Shown: one piece after another, positions 22,601 to 32,515 of the stretch
How positions within the stretch are numbered: the stretch's first letter is position 1
How the letters are laid out: the number at the start of each line of letters is the position of its first letter
Virus record (IMG/VR): IMGVR_UViG_3300014775_001776
Location: 40,711 to 104,710 of that record
Strand: one strand, 5' to 3'
Source: a virus
DNA length: 64,000 nt
The notes under the pieces: model-generated
What the model saw: only the letters and a program-made list of their open reading frames with translations
What the model was told of the DNA's origin: nothing
Database searches by the model: none
Made by a program: the position numbers and the translations under genes

Positions 22601-25600
22601 TACCGGAAAACCCACAAAAGGTCTATGTCTTTTATGATGGTACATTTATTAATGAGACTCAACTTAAAAATGCTTCAGAAAATATAAGATCTTGGTATCA
22701 AGGTAAAGTTTTAAATGATGAGTTAGCTCCGAATGTACTTTATGAGGGTATTATAGGTAAAGATGATAATAATGGTCAAAATTGGTTATGGTTTGCAACT
22801 TATCCATATCTTGGGTCTCTATCGGCAGGTACGGTAAACGGAAGTACAGTATCTGCATTTGGTATAAGTGGTGAATCTGAGACTCACAGTAAATACGATT
22901 CCAGATGGTGTTCATCTAATGATGGTGGAAAATGTGTTCCAAGAACACCATCGTTCAACCTCAGTCAAAGTGGTATATCTACTAGTGATATATACAAGAG
23001 AGTTACTTATGGTTATCAATTAGAAGGGTCTTACGGTGTAAGTGATCCAAGATCACAAGGTATACCATTTACTCCTGAATCTGGACAAGCCGATACTTTT
23101 GATACTGTCTATGGTAATTTCGCAGGTGAAGAAACAGACTATATAGTCATAATTGTTACCAATCAGAGTAGTGGTGAGGTTGGTTTATATCATGGGTCTA
23201 CATCATATAATGAAGGTAACGCTAAAAAGTCAGACTTAGTAAACCATCCATTTAGATTAGATGGAAAGGGATGGGAAGGAGAAATAACGGATCTAGATGA
23301 TACGGTAGGACAGTTCTTTGAACCAACAGATAGATTCACACATGATTATGAATCATATCTGAAAGTTTGGGAAGAAATCAAAAAATCGGGTGGTACTCCA
23401 AACGTTTTTGTCTATCCTGTCTCAAGTGACGATCAAGAAGTTGTTCCATTTACACAACATCTGATTGGGTCGATTGAAGGTGGACAAATTTCATCCGATC
23501 AATTCCAATCTAAATATGGATCTTCGATTTATAATGTTAGTAATCAAAACGTAGATCTTTCTACTCTTACTACAAAAAATCTTTATTCTGGGTTCGGAAT
23601 TAACTCAATATTCTTAGATCTAAATATACAATATCAATCTGGTGGGCCTGGATTGAAAAACTTTAATGTTTATACTGATCCTAATGTCTTAGATTATTCA
23701 TTGAGTTCAGTATCGAATTCACTTAACAAACTGATCGATGAAGTTGGGTATCAAAGTGGTTACGGATTTATATATGGTGGAAAATGTTATTACTTAGATA
23801 GTGTTAGTTCTGGTGTTCCCGATTACTCACCGACAAGTGATGACATCATTGAAAATATATGTTCTTATTCGGGATGTCCAAGTTGTATACCATCTGGTTG
23901 TTATTCTGGTTTGACAACAGGTTTAGAACACTATTACTACGATTGTTGTAATGGTACATATATTACAGGTACTAGTAATAATGTGACTGTTTGTATCGAT
24001 ACTTCTAAACCTTTCAGTGGTGTTGATATTTCAGATTATATATCTTGTACACCTGAATGTTTGACTGGATTTTCAATTACTAAATCAGTAACAGGAACAT
24101 GTGAAAATCCAGGTAATGGTATTATATTAATTCAAGTTCAGGATGCATTACAACCATTTATTATAACACCTATTGGACCTTCATACCCATCATATAGTGG
24201 AAGTCAAACATTCGATGGTATTATAACATATTCAGGTCTTTCTATAGGTGCTTATGGATTTACGGTTACAGATAGTATAAACCAAAGTGAGACATTTACA
24301 CTGGTTGTTGATGGTTGTGTATCAGTTCAAATAAGTAATTCGAAAAATACTAGTTGTGGTCTGAATAATGGTACTATAACTGGTACTACAAATGCTTCAC
24401 AACTACCTTTAAATGGTAAATTATATAAAGACGGTGGTCTTTATGAAGAATTCGAGATAAGTAATGGAACTTTTGTAAGAACGGAATTACCTGCAGGTGT
24501 TTATATACTCGAAATTTTAGATTTATTCAATAATGTTTTAGATCAATCAGGGGCAGTAACTGTAAACGATTCGAATAATCTTACTTACGATTTGTCTGGT
24601 ACATCAATACCACAATGTAATAGTACGGGCGCCACAATGACTGTGAGTAATATCGTGGGTGAGTCACCATTTACTTATATTGCTAGTAATGGAGATACTG
24701 GAACGACTACCGCAACTACTTTCACATTAACAGGGTTTACTGTAGGGTCTCAAAGTATTTCAATAACAGGTAATAATAATTGCTCACTTTACCAAAGTAT
24801 ACTTTACAGTGGGGCTGCAACAGTAGGAGTGGCTGAACCAGATATTGAAATTGCCACATGTTTAGAATGTAACGGATCAATAGACTTCAGAATATCTGGG
24901 GGAACACCACCTTTCCAAACAAAACTAGATCAAAATGAATATATCTCATATTCTAGCACTGATTACGATACTGTCTACAATTATAGTGGAATATGTAGTG
25001 GAAGTCACCAAATTACTATAAAAGATAGTGCTGGTTGTATATCTAACCCTTATACTTTCTTTGTTGAAAACCAGGGAGGTCTTAATGGTGTTTCTATAAG
25101 TGCAACACAACCAACTTGTAATAATTTAGGGTCATTCTTAATACAGATCGATTCTGAATACGTGGCGAATCAAACCTTATTTAGATTTTATGGTCAGTGT
25201 AGTAATATTCCTGAAGGTGTCCCTGTTGGGGTTACAGTATTTGATAGAGTGGATTTCTTCCCACAATTCCATTTCGAAAATTTATCACCTGGAACGTGGT
25301 CGATAAGTGCTGGTACAATTAATAACGCTACTGAAAAAGAATTTATTTGTGAATATAATACGCAATTTGTATTAGAGGATGATGGAGATCCGTTCCCGTT
25401 AATTATTACACCGACAGGTACTACATGTGGTATACCAAATGGTGTTATAGAGGTAAGATTATATGAAAATATCGAAGCACTAATAAATGGATTATTGGCG
25501 GTACCATTTGATTACTATATCTATAACGAGAATAATCAAATAGTTTATCAAAAAATAAATTCTTCAGATTTTAAAATAACAGTCAATAATTTAAGTTCTG

Positions 25601-27954
25601 GAATTTATACCGTAAAAGTTGTAGATAATGAATCATGTGAAAAGCAACAAAACGTTACGATAACTGCATCGGAGGGGATGGATTTCACACTTGAAGGTAC
25701 CGATACCGTCAATGGAAATGATGGATCAATAAAGGCTGTGATCACATCAGGACAACCACCATTTACTTATCAATGGTCTTCAGGTCAAGTAACTCAAAAT
25801 ATTGAATCCATCACTCAAGGTGGATATACGCTTACAATTGCAGATGCTAATGGATGTTCTTTACAAAGGGAAATAACTTTAGGAGGTACTGTATTATTCT
25901 CTTCATCTCAGACGGTTGAAGTATGTTCTAATGAATTTGCTATTTCTTCATCATCAAAACGTTCTATTAAAGACATGTATGATGAAGGTTTTGCTGAAGT
26001 TACATTTGGTGACACTGGATGTACATTGAATCAAGCTACTTTTACATGTGTAGTTGATTTATCTGGTCCAGTAGAAATAACAGAACAAGAGATTTTCTTC
26101 TACTCTGAATCACTTGACACATATCCATCTGACAATATATGGGTTGCGGCTATAGGTGTGGTTTTAAACAGTATTGAGGAAATACAAGATTACAATATAG
26201 ATTTATTAAGTAATACTATAACAATTAATTCATCATGTTCTGGTGAAGAAGATCCATTGAGGGGTGCATCCTTATCGTTAAGTTTATTTATTGAATATGA
26301 TGTCGAATGTCAATTCGTTAGTGAGGTATCACCAGAACCATCATCAACACCTTCACCAACAATTACATTTACACCAACAATGACAATAACTCCAACACGT
26401 ACATTGAGTCCTATGATTAAGTCAATATTTGCCGAAAACTGTTGTGATCAAACTATTATTCAATTGAGAGTTAATTCTAACGTCATAATTGGTGATGTTG
26501 TGAGTTATGATTCCGGTTGTTATAGAATGATCGGTAATAATGATAATAATGATTCCCCATATGTTGATTCTATAATATACACTTCTTGTACTGAATGTTC
26601 ACCGTCCACTACTCAATGTGTGACACCAACTGTGACAATGACAAATACTGTCACACCTACTATCACTCAATCACCATCTGTAACACCAACTAATACTATT
26701 ACAAATACAGTATCACCATCTGTAACACCAACTAATACTTTGACACCAAGTGAAACTCCAACTAATACTCCAACTAATACAACTACTATTACTGCTACAC
26801 CAACTGGAACTCCAGCAGTAACACCTAATGACACACCATCAGTAACACCAACAAATACTATCACACCAACGAATACTATAACGAATACTGCGACACTGAC
26901 TAATACTCCGACTAATACAAACACAAATACTATTACGGCTAGTCAGACAACAACACCAACAAACTCACCAACACAAACAGGTACACCTGGTTTATCGTCT
27001 ACACCAACTGAGACACCAACAAATACAGTGACTTCAACACCTACTGATACACCTGTAGAAACTCCAACGGTGACTCCATCAATTACAAATACGATGACAA
27101 TGACGCCAACAAATACTATCACTAATACACAAACAATGACATATACACCAACATTAACACAAACACCGACTGAAACGTGGCCATTAGATACGCCACAACC
27201 GACACCAAGTATAACACAGACAAATACACCAACATTGGCATATCAAGCAGTAATATTATTCGACAGATGCTGTACTGGTGAGATCGATTACGGTACTGCA
27301 ATTGCTGTTAACATTCCCGTAGGAAAGGCCCTTGAAACAAATTCAATATTCCTTTCTGGTGAATGTAAATATGTTGGTATTGTTAGTGGTATTGATTATC
27401 CGACCATTGAATATGTAAACCCAGATAGTTCTGACATCTATGAAGATTGTGAATTGTGTAAGCAACAAAACGGTTGTCCAACCCCAACACCGACCAAAAC
27501 ACCACAAGCAACACCACCAGCAACCGCACCAGGAGCTTCACCAACGGGAACTCCATCGGTAACTTCTACTCCTGAAGTGACACCAACTAATACTATAACA
27601 AATACTCAAACACCTACACAGACTAAGCAAATATTGGATCCGACACCATTCCCAACTCCGAGTAATACGCCTGATGTTGTGAGTGATACTGTAATAAGAG
27701 CTGCAGGTCTAGTAGATGGTGATTTCAGAACATGGGCTGATACTGATGGATTCTGGCCATGGGAAGTTGACGGATATGTTGGAGGATGGATCAGAGTTTC
27801 CAGAGAAGATAGTGAAGAAATGTTAGAAAGAAATGTTAGCTTTATATATGAACTCGATGGGTACTACATCATGGCAGGTCAACTTGGACAACCAGTAGGT
27901 ATACCTTCACCACAAATATTAGTTAATAATAAAGTTGGTGAGATTGACAACTGA
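16699..27954 (+). CDS. Giant mosaic fibre/adhesin-like protein: Thr-Pro linkers, about 14 Cys modules, vWA domain, two vWA-like inserts, SprB repeats
   Basis: 3751 aa. vWA MIDAS DIVILIDQSGS...ILITDG at about 20641-21240. SprB-like units such as NDGSIKAVITSGQPPFTYQWSSG...GGYTLTIADANGC at about 24060-25890. Many TPTPT tracts. Confidence 0.8.
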   Translation: MANTAKLRFLTLLQDSGFNNPGLLVSGSSGVATSNSLGGAQVGDNIVLKGLTTGIPVGSTIDGLEFSNLVGATQKSIFLRFIIGFSSVPDNLIRAEEVTGSTQQVTIGGPTELFGYTGLTVSLLEQLTLKFLVTSNTGIGDLSITGSSVSGSELPSVKVYYTIPPTPTPTITSTVTRTPKGTQTATPTITPTNTTSNTPTPTVTPDPTKTPAYYNLIPCCRSDVNEYYRISQSSWVQSPIGTWQIENDYNIPSGCYTFSQIVPSADPLGSFDFTGDAVGPIFLGCDDNSLCLCPTNTPTPTITSTPTITPSNPVTPTPTYTPLPPFATPTPSEDPKYKDQYPKRNTQYFTSNNCDATVQDPIIKIFGTYEDGENLINKVVTYVDDLGHSFSTIIINRASSLTDDQISDAKFAQTVHDDCDDAIEFIEYYDGDISNMSFRVNTCEVKPQKALLSMTLSNSNALYPYTHFKVGSTCYSFNMFYKDSGGLVVNEKYSSCSECGFNGTQTPTPTQTSTPTSSPTYTPTSTVTNTIDTTPTVTPTQKSTTYIATNCCNDSLDINVQGPINPKKIFVFYDGTIRDEKKLKSASKQIREWYSSYLVKNQFQTGNLYETVIGNSQDNANGENWLWWSVYPYLGSLSGGDLSDGTTINEFDDVVENSTFISESCDSSKSGYRCAPYKTQVNDFGSIAQRINRGLDLDDGISSTVSNGVAFSHDNLNQTYNSGVGQFNGGEKDYLVITFIEESDGEIGMYHGQSTKDDLIYDPFTLKGYGWDLSQSKEPTNRYKHDYESYLSVWADITNNLSGEINTALYNVTDDLLSNFAFSLHNLAAVEGNTISASDFQTKYGDSITDVGPQNLNLSILTSENPYSDLETTTNFNDVLNPEQRENGPGLTNFGFFTNPTLTEWDDNTYLSEIGTNVDYFLKDGFIHAGQCYQFLRYENVTPAVVINESDIVKNICSTDDCVPLLCPSPTATPTNTIQLTPNVTPTITNTPFITRTPTVTSTIPVTPTQSVGIAKLPPQTLEFNKCSVGTPGDNTLYVNLTLWQSNGEKISFYHGGSCYEAKNTNQVTTNSPTAYPTVWFIRCQDCVNYLDELPTPTPTQTPTITPQYRWVNFVSCCDSGFLVRIKLRVDVTPLAGQGFFYNDCYYYDPVYEFYSGGVDLIISSIVLDGLDDDFCQSSYCSTYDPCPTLTPTSTPTISITPSPTETTPLNYYKINPKSCCDESQPFTNGLFINDLVPEGSVFIYNGEEIASLRGQCFIAEYDPNVNPTEYIVVNEFLGKCTECSQLPGFKACETPTPTPTITLTQTPDLCADQDIVILIDQSGSIGSQSNFDFLVNGAIEIANLLEDRMDAGEVQIGAYKWSDCAEDKIELLTGLTSNHTNFVNALSGTSWDLGYTYASKPIELAYNLLSGSTNTEAKKNIILITDGVISDFTEAPECIDLDNPLYSTSQIASLLKLGLYGNGEQVNIYTVNVINGSNNQLESISSGDGYHFYADSFSDFQNVVSGLIVDQVCSERPIVESVEKYRANPCCGGDPILVGVANATTSVIGKGFVFNGACYEIEVIVPGNDAPDHEVSSNDLFDDICLDVNKCSCLNYRKFELENCCDPSDVITIGYSAGQPVLGSGIEYNKKCYQYRGNEGSGDTQLLLDTLVLSMCGQEGCLCATPTPTVSPTTTMTQTPSITSSPTVTITPSITSSETPTQTPTNTITSTITASQSPTITPSNTLTVTPTNTTPSEYVIYSLSGVCGEGTKLLFVSSIVEPGDFIQYSGTCYEVLQYSAGTPTDTVDVLPSEIYENADACTQDSPCVTLTPTPTLTQTPTVTINNTPTNTPTHSHTVTPSKATKVAIIQSCCTGGTTYEISVTTDVTIGDSLLYSGSCFNVISLPAGPTTGLIYYDLPYTSCTDCTSSETICPTATPTETPAVTTTPTKTPNITPEVTSTPTGSLPIDTWLARGCCDFNDTLRVNVPENPQKVYVFYDGTFINETQLKNASENIRSWYQGKVLNDELAPNVLYEGIIGKDDNNGQNWLWFATYPYLGSLSAGTVNGSTVSAFGISGESETHSKYDSRWCSSNDGGKCVPRTPSFNLSQSGISTSDIYKRVTYGYQLEGSYGVSDPRSQGIPFTPESGQADTFDTVYGNFAGEETDYIVIIVTNQSSGEVGLYHGSTSYNEGNAKKSDLVNHPFRLDGKGWEGEITDLDDTVGQFFEPTDRFTHDYESYLKVWEEIKKSGGTPNVFVYPVSSDDQEVVPFTQHLIGSIEGGQISSDQFQSKYGSSIYNVSNQNVDLSTLTTKNLYSGFGINSIFLDLNIQYQSGGPGLKNFNVYTDPNVLDYSLSSVSNSLNKLIDEVGYQSGYGFIYGGKCYYLDSVSSGVPDYSPTSDDIIENICSYSGCPSCIPSGCYSGLTTGLEHYYYDCCNGTYITGTSNNVTVCIDTSKPFSGVDISDYISCTPECLTGFSITKSVTGTCENPGNGIILIQVQDALQPFIITPIGPSYPSYSGSQTFDGIITYSGLSIGAYGFTVTDSINQSETFTLVVDGCVSVQISNSKNTSCGLNNGTITGTTNASQLPLNGKLYKDGGLYEEFEISNGTFVRTELPAGVYILEILDLFNNVLDQSGAVTVNDSNNLTYDLSGTSIPQCNSTGATMTVSNIVGESPFTYIASNGDTGTTTATTFTLTGFTVGSQSISITGNNNCSLYQSILYSGAATVGVAEPDIEIATCLECNGSIDFRISGGTPPFQTKLDQNEYISYSSTDYDTVYNYSGICSGSHQITIKDSAGCISNPYTFFVENQGGLNGVSISATQPTCNNLGSFLIQIDSEYVANQTLFRFYGQCSNIPEGVPVGVTVFDRVDFFPQFHFENLSPGTWSISAGTINNATEKEFICEYNTQFVLEDDGDPFPLIITPTGTTCGIPNGVIEVRLYENIEALINGLLAVPFDYYIYNENNQIVYQKINSSDFKITVNNLSSGIYTVKVVDNESCEKQQNVTITASEGMDFTLEGTDTVNGNDGSIKAVITSGQPPFTYQWSSGQVTQNIESITQGGYTLTIADANGCSLQREITLGGTVLFSSSQTVEVCSNEFAISSSSKRSIKDMYDEGFAEVTFGDTGCTLNQATFTCVVDLSGPVEITEQEIFFYSESLDTYPSDNIWVAAIGVVLNSIEEIQDYNIDLLSNTITINSSCSGEEDPLRGASLSLSLFIEYDVECQFVSEVSPEPSSTPSPTITFTPTMTITPTRTLSPMIKSIFAENCCDQTIIQLRVNSNVIIGDVVSYDSGCYRMIGNNDNNDSPYVDSIIYTSCTECSPSTTQCVTPTVTMTNTVTPTITQSPSVTPTNTITNTVSPSVTPTNTLTPSETPTNTPTNTTTITATPTGTPAVTPNDTPSVTPTNTITPTNTITNTATLTNTPTNTNTNTITASQTTTPTNSPTQTGTPGLSSTPTETPTNTVTSTPTDTPVETPTVTPSITNTMTMTPTNTITNTQTMTYTPTLTQTPTETWPLDTPQPTPSITQTNTPTLAYQAVILFDRCCTGEIDYGTAIAVNIPVGKALETNSIFLSGECKYVGIVSGIDYPTIEYVNPDSSDIYEDCELCKQQNGCPTPTPTKTPQATPPATAPGASPTGTPSVTSTPEVTPTNTITNTQTPTQTKQILDPTPFPTPSNTPDVVSDTVIRAAGLVDGDFRTWADTDGFWPWEVDGYVGGWIRVSREDSEEMLERNVSFIYELDGYYIMAGQLGQPVGIPSPQILVNNKVGEIDN
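26620..27235 (+). repeat. Thr/Pro/Ser-rich mucin-like coding tract of about 200 aa
   Basis: Translation shows Thr/Ser at alternating positions; a 27-nt exact direct repeat occurs at 26671 and 26713. Confidence 0.85.
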
Positions 27955-27969
27955 ATTTATTTTATAATG

Positions 27970-27976
27970 TATTTAT
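27970..27976 (+). promoter_or_regulatory. TATTTAT motif, putative late promoter
   Basis: 6 nt before the ATG at 27983. Confidence 0.55.
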
Positions 27977-27982
27977 TAGATA

Positions 27983-30900
27983 ATGGAAAAGACTAATTAT
28001 ATCTATTTATCTGGTATTTCTTCAAATCAGGTTTATGCCATTTGGGCTTTAGCATTCAAATATCCAGGTACTGATATTGTTACTACAGATTCTGAATTTA
28101 TAGGAAAAGAAGGACAGTATATCAGAGCAGAAATTTACTTAGATGATTTACCATATGGTACTTATTCTAATAATGGGTATAAAACACCTATTTATGCTTC
28201 TGGTGCAACGAATAATTTAGCACCTGCTGGTGAATCTATATTTTTAATAATTACTGAGGAAGAGTACAATAATAACAAATGGAGTCAGTGGGCTAATTTT
28301 GGAAAATCTGCATTTGCTAGAGTCTATGATTATATTAATCCATATGGTAATGAGATAATACATGAACTAGATTACATTAGTGAAACTTTTGCATTTGATA
28401 ATATAAAATCCTTCGATGAACCAAGAATAATTAGACATTTATATGAAATTGATAAGGTAGTTTTCAATTTTTTTGATTCTTACAACGAATGTCTATCTAC
28501 CTTCACTAATATAGGTGAAAGATGTAAAGAATTTATCGAAAATTCTTTTACGGGATACACATATGAATATGTGATCAATATAAATGAAGATGAATTTGTT
28601 TTTTCTGATGGAGAAAATTATTATAATGGTGCTGGATCTTCTAGTAGTGAAAATTATTGGTATGCATTAGAATCTAAATATCGACCCACTGGGGGGATTT
28701 ATAATACAACAGGATGTCACTTTGCAATTATAATTACTAAGTTACCTAATGATGTATTTTATGGTATTGCGAAGCAATTTCATTATCTAACCGCTTTTAA
28801 TTATACTGATCAAATTGCCAATTCTTACCCGAAGTTAGATACTGACAATATGGAAATTTTTGCTCAAAAATTAATTGTTCATGAATTAGGTCACAATCTA
28901 GGCTTAGACCATACTTTTTCTGACATTCAGGCAGAATGGAAAACTTTATATCCAGATTTACATTTGAATGCGTTAGACAATCTAAGGAGATTTGAACTTA
29001 ACCCACCATTTAGTGAACCATATTATGATGATGGTAATAGTTATATTGCTTATTCAGGTGAGGCACCTGGTAAATCTGCTGCAATGTCGTATGATTTAGA
29101 TCCTAGTCATGGGTATGGATGTCCGTTGAATCCAAACGTACTGTTAGATGTTAATTACGATCAATTTTCAGGAGTGACAAGGTATCGTGATTACCCAATC
29201 AATGAGAATAAAATTAATACACTTTTCTTAAATCAAGGAAGGACTGATGATTTTACAAGTTCTAAAAATGGTTTGACTTATTATTCTGGAAATAATCTTA
29301 ATTTATTTTCATACATGGTAGATGGTGAATTTGTTGAAGGAGAAATCACTGGTATGACATTGAATTTTACTGCAACTACCGCAGTACAAAGATTAAAACA
29401 GCCATTTTGGGAAAATCCGGCAACATCGGAGTTTAATGATGATTTGAGTTGGACAGATTTAATGTCTTATACTATGTATTTCACCAAAAATAATACATTA
29501 CAAAAATATCCTATATATGCTAAGACAAGTTCGACAGATTCTCCAGAGAATTCTACTGGAATTACTACAAATATTTCGGTACCACTTACAGGGACCGTTT
29601 GGAATATTATCTCATTAGGTTTTCTAGATTATACTGATCTTTCTACAAATGGAATTTTTATTGAATATTTCAGTGGGGCGTACAGTTATAGCGGAACACC
29701 TTCAGGTACAACTATTATACCAAATGGTAGTAATGTGGTATTAGAATTGGATGATTTGAATTTACAAATTCATACAACTGGTGGAACATTCACAAGAAAG
29801 GCTAGAGGTTACGATAGCAGATTTACTGGTCATACATTGTCAACAAAAATATATGAAGAAGGATCCAAAATACAAAGAATAGGTATTGGACCTCCAGTAA
29901 ATGACAGATTTGTTAGTTATGAAAGAGATGCTGCTATTTATATGTTGAAAAAATACGACAGATTTTTCGCATTAAGTCAACCAGCATCTAATGAAACAAT
30001 TAAAGTTGAACAAATATTTTACTATCTATTTGATGATATTGGTAAACCGACCCTAGCTAAAATAGATATAACCAAGGATAATATTCAGTCCACGTATGAT
30101 ATATCAGATTTGAGAATACAAAATACAGAAATTATAAATATTTTATTTGCAGTCGTTGAAAGTCAAACTTATTTGTTCCTTTTACAAAAAGAAAGTAATG
30201 AAAAATTCTATCTTACCAAACATCTTGTTTTAGATTATTTGAATTTGAATTTAGTAAATGAATCGGTAAAGACTACGACAATAAATCTAGATTCATATAA
30301 TGGTACATTTACATTACTTAGAATGTCTTTGTATGACGATTCAAATATCATAATTTCTACAGATTATTATTTTAATTCGCCTAGTTTCTTAGTAAATGTA
30401 GTTGGGTCGACCAATACAACGGTAGACTTTGATTTGGATTCTCAATTACCTTATGGTAGTGGAGGTATAACAAGTTCGATAAGGGCCAATTTAAGTGGAA
30501 CTACATATTATCATCAATATTGGAGATCTGGTACTAATAAAAGAATATATCAAAATCACGAAACATTTTATAATGGTAATGTTTTTGCATATGATATAGA
30601 TCATCCTTTGGAATCATCAGAAGAGGTATTAAGAATTTTTTATTATTCGTGGGATGATAATGAGAATAAAATAAATGTTATAACAGATCAAGGGAGGGTA
30701 ATAAGTCTTGACGGAAATAATTATACGGGTGGTACTTATACCATAACTGGCACTTCTATCTTAAGACAATTTGATGATCATCAAATAATTTCAATTTCTA
30801 ACCTTCAAAACTTCTCTAATACGTATGATATTACATTCGATTTAGAACAATATTACTTGAGAGGTCTCAATAGTGATATCGTTTATGTGATTGAAAAAGC

Positions 30901-32515
30901 GAGGTGTGAAAACGAACTTACAATAGGTACAGTGGTTAGTGGAAATACTTATTTGTCTTATACCCAAGCAGGTGATAGTTTAAGATATCCGTATGTCAAT
31001 AACCAACCGGTCACACAAAATGAAAAATTTTATGAAGTAATTTCTCTGGATGATGCAGTGACATCAAAATACTTTGATTATTACAGTAGAATGATTACAA
31101 AACAACCAAGTTATTCTGGTACTTCTTTATTTGGATTTGATAATCCTAATATACCAGAGGGTGAAATTAATTACTCTTTTGATACTGTAGAGTATGGTGA
31201 TGGTGAGGAAATAATACCATTTACAGGAACTATCAGAGTTTTAGTTTTAATTTATGTATGGGATGATGATGAAGTTATGAATCAAGATGGAAGGCCTGAA
31301 TCTACAGGCGATTTTGTTTGTGCAATTTCTGAAGAAAGGTTAAATGAAGAGATAGATCTAGGATTCAATTTTGAATTTAATTATGAGATAATTAATTCAA
31401 GTCATGAGTGGTATCTATCGTTACAAAGTCCTTCAGATCCTACAGTTGGTATTGGTATAGATCATTTCCAAGGATGGTGGTATGAAAATTATGGAAGTGT
31501 TTATGATTATAATCAATATCACTATTGTACGTTACTACAAAAGCATGGACCAAATACGGGTAATATAGGTGGTACTTTATTGAGAATGAGTACTTTTACT
31601 TCTCCAACACCAGGATCTATCATGGGTATATATTTACATGAATTCGGACATGTGTTAGGATTAAGACATTCTTTTGATAATGTTTGGGGTGATGTATTTC
31701 CCGAATTAGGTACACCATATTTAGATCCAGGTAGAAGAGAGATTGCTAGTATAATAGGATATGAATGTTGTAAAGGAGGAAATCAAATTCTACCTTACTA
31801 TAATGAGTTTATAGACGACGATGTAAATAGTAAAAAAATCAGTATCATGTCTTATGGTGGAATGACCAATGAAGGGTATAATGCACCAAAAGACGCACAA
31901 AATGTACTAGACGTCAAAATATTATTTGATAAGCCTACTAACGAGACTTATACAAATATAACACCAAAGTCTAATGTTACATATTATGATTTTATATCTA
32001 TTGGTGATGAAATAACTTCGAAAGTTATTACTGGATTGACAATAACTTATACGGCTCCTGAAAGTAATGATGAATTAGAGAATCAAATTAGACTTGTCAA
32101 TACTGCAAACACATTGAACCAAATCGTATTAGATCGTGAAACTACTACAACATCAGGTAATTATGAAAAAACATTTAATCAAGAAGAAATACAAGGAATA
32201 TACTTAAGTGGTGACCCACTTTCCTTGGGATTAGAAATTACAAGATTCGATGTGTCAACAAATAATAATGTAGGAGACTTTGATTTCCAGTGGAAAATTT
32301 ATAGAGGAGAACTCAAGATTACTTTTAAAGACGATCAAGGTACGGAATATGATAGATTACCTAAAAATTGTTTTACGATTGCGCCGGATTCTTCTATAAT
32401 ACATAATTATGTAGATGCTTCGATATTCCAATTAGAAATTTTTACATCGTATGAAAGAGAGATTATCAAAAATAACATAAACAATAGAATGCAAACTTAT
32501 TTAAATCTATCATGA
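27983..32515 (+). CDS. Protein with two metzincin zinc-metalloprotease domains (M43/M12B-like)
   Basis: HELGHNLGLDHTF (28880) with AAMSY Met-turn, and HEFGHVLGLRHSF (31637) with SIMSY; 1510 aa. Confidence 0.85.
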   Translation: MEKTNYIYLSGISSNQVYAIWALAFKYPGTDIVTTDSEFIGKEGQYIRAEIYLDDLPYGTYSNNGYKTPIYASGATNNLAPAGESIFLIITEEEYNNNKWSQWANFGKSAFARVYDYINPYGNEIIHELDYISETFAFDNIKSFDEPRIIRHLYEIDKVVFNFFDSYNECLSTFTNIGERCKEFIENSFTGYTYEYVININEDEFVFSDGENYYNGAGSSSSENYWYALESKYRPTGGIYNTTGCHFAIIITKLPNDVFYGIAKQFHYLTAFNYTDQIANSYPKLDTDNMEIFAQKLIVHELGHNLGLDHTFSDIQAEWKTLYPDLHLNALDNLRRFELNPPFSEPYYDDGNSYIAYSGEAPGKSAAMSYDLDPSHGYGCPLNPNVLLDVNYDQFSGVTRYRDYPINENKINTLFLNQGRTDDFTSSKNGLTYYSGNNLNLFSYMVDGEFVEGEITGMTLNFTATTAVQRLKQPFWENPATSEFNDDLSWTDLMSYTMYFTKNNTLQKYPIYAKTSSTDSPENSTGITTNISVPLTGTVWNIISLGFLDYTDLSTNGIFIEYFSGAYSYSGTPSGTTIIPNGSNVVLELDDLNLQIHTTGGTFTRKARGYDSRFTGHTLSTKIYEEGSKIQRIGIGPPVNDRFVSYERDAAIYMLKKYDRFFALSQPASNETIKVEQIFYYLFDDIGKPTLAKIDITKDNIQSTYDISDLRIQNTEIINILFAVVESQTYLFLLQKESNEKFYLTKHLVLDYLNLNLVNESVKTTTINLDSYNGTFTLLRMSLYDDSNIIISTDYYFNSPSFLVNVVGSTNTTVDFDLDSQLPYGSGGITSSIRANLSGTTYYHQYWRSGTNKRIYQNHETFYNGNVFAYDIDHPLESSEEVLRIFYYSWDDNENKINVITDQGRVISLDGNNYTGGTYTITGTSILRQFDDHQIISISNLQNFSNTYDITFDLEQYYLRGLNSDIVYVIEKARCENELTIGTVVSGNTYLSYTQAGDSLRYPYVNNQPVTQNEKFYEVISLDDAVTSKYFDYYSRMITKQPSYSGTSLFGFDNPNIPEGEINYSFDTVEYGDGEEIIPFTGTIRVLVLIYVWDDDEVMNQDGRPESTGDFVCAISEERLNEEIDLGFNFEFNYEIINSSHEWYLSLQSPSDPTVGIGIDHFQGWWYENYGSVYDYNQYHYCTLLQKHGPNTGNIGGTLLRMSTFTSPTPGSIMGIYLHEFGHVLGLRHSFDNVWGDVFPELGTPYLDPGRREIASIIGYECCKGGNQILPYYNEFIDDDVNSKKISIMSYGGMTNEGYNAPKDAQNVLDVKILFDKPTNETYTNITPKSNVTYYDFISIGDEITSKVITGLTITYTAPESNDELENQIRLVNTANTLNQIVLDRETTTTSGNYEKTFNQEEIQGIYLSGDPLSLGLEITRFDVSTNNNVGDFDFQWKIYRGELKITFKDDQGTEYDRLPKNCFTIAPDSSIIHNYVDASIFQLEIFTSYEREIIKNNINNRMQTYLNLS

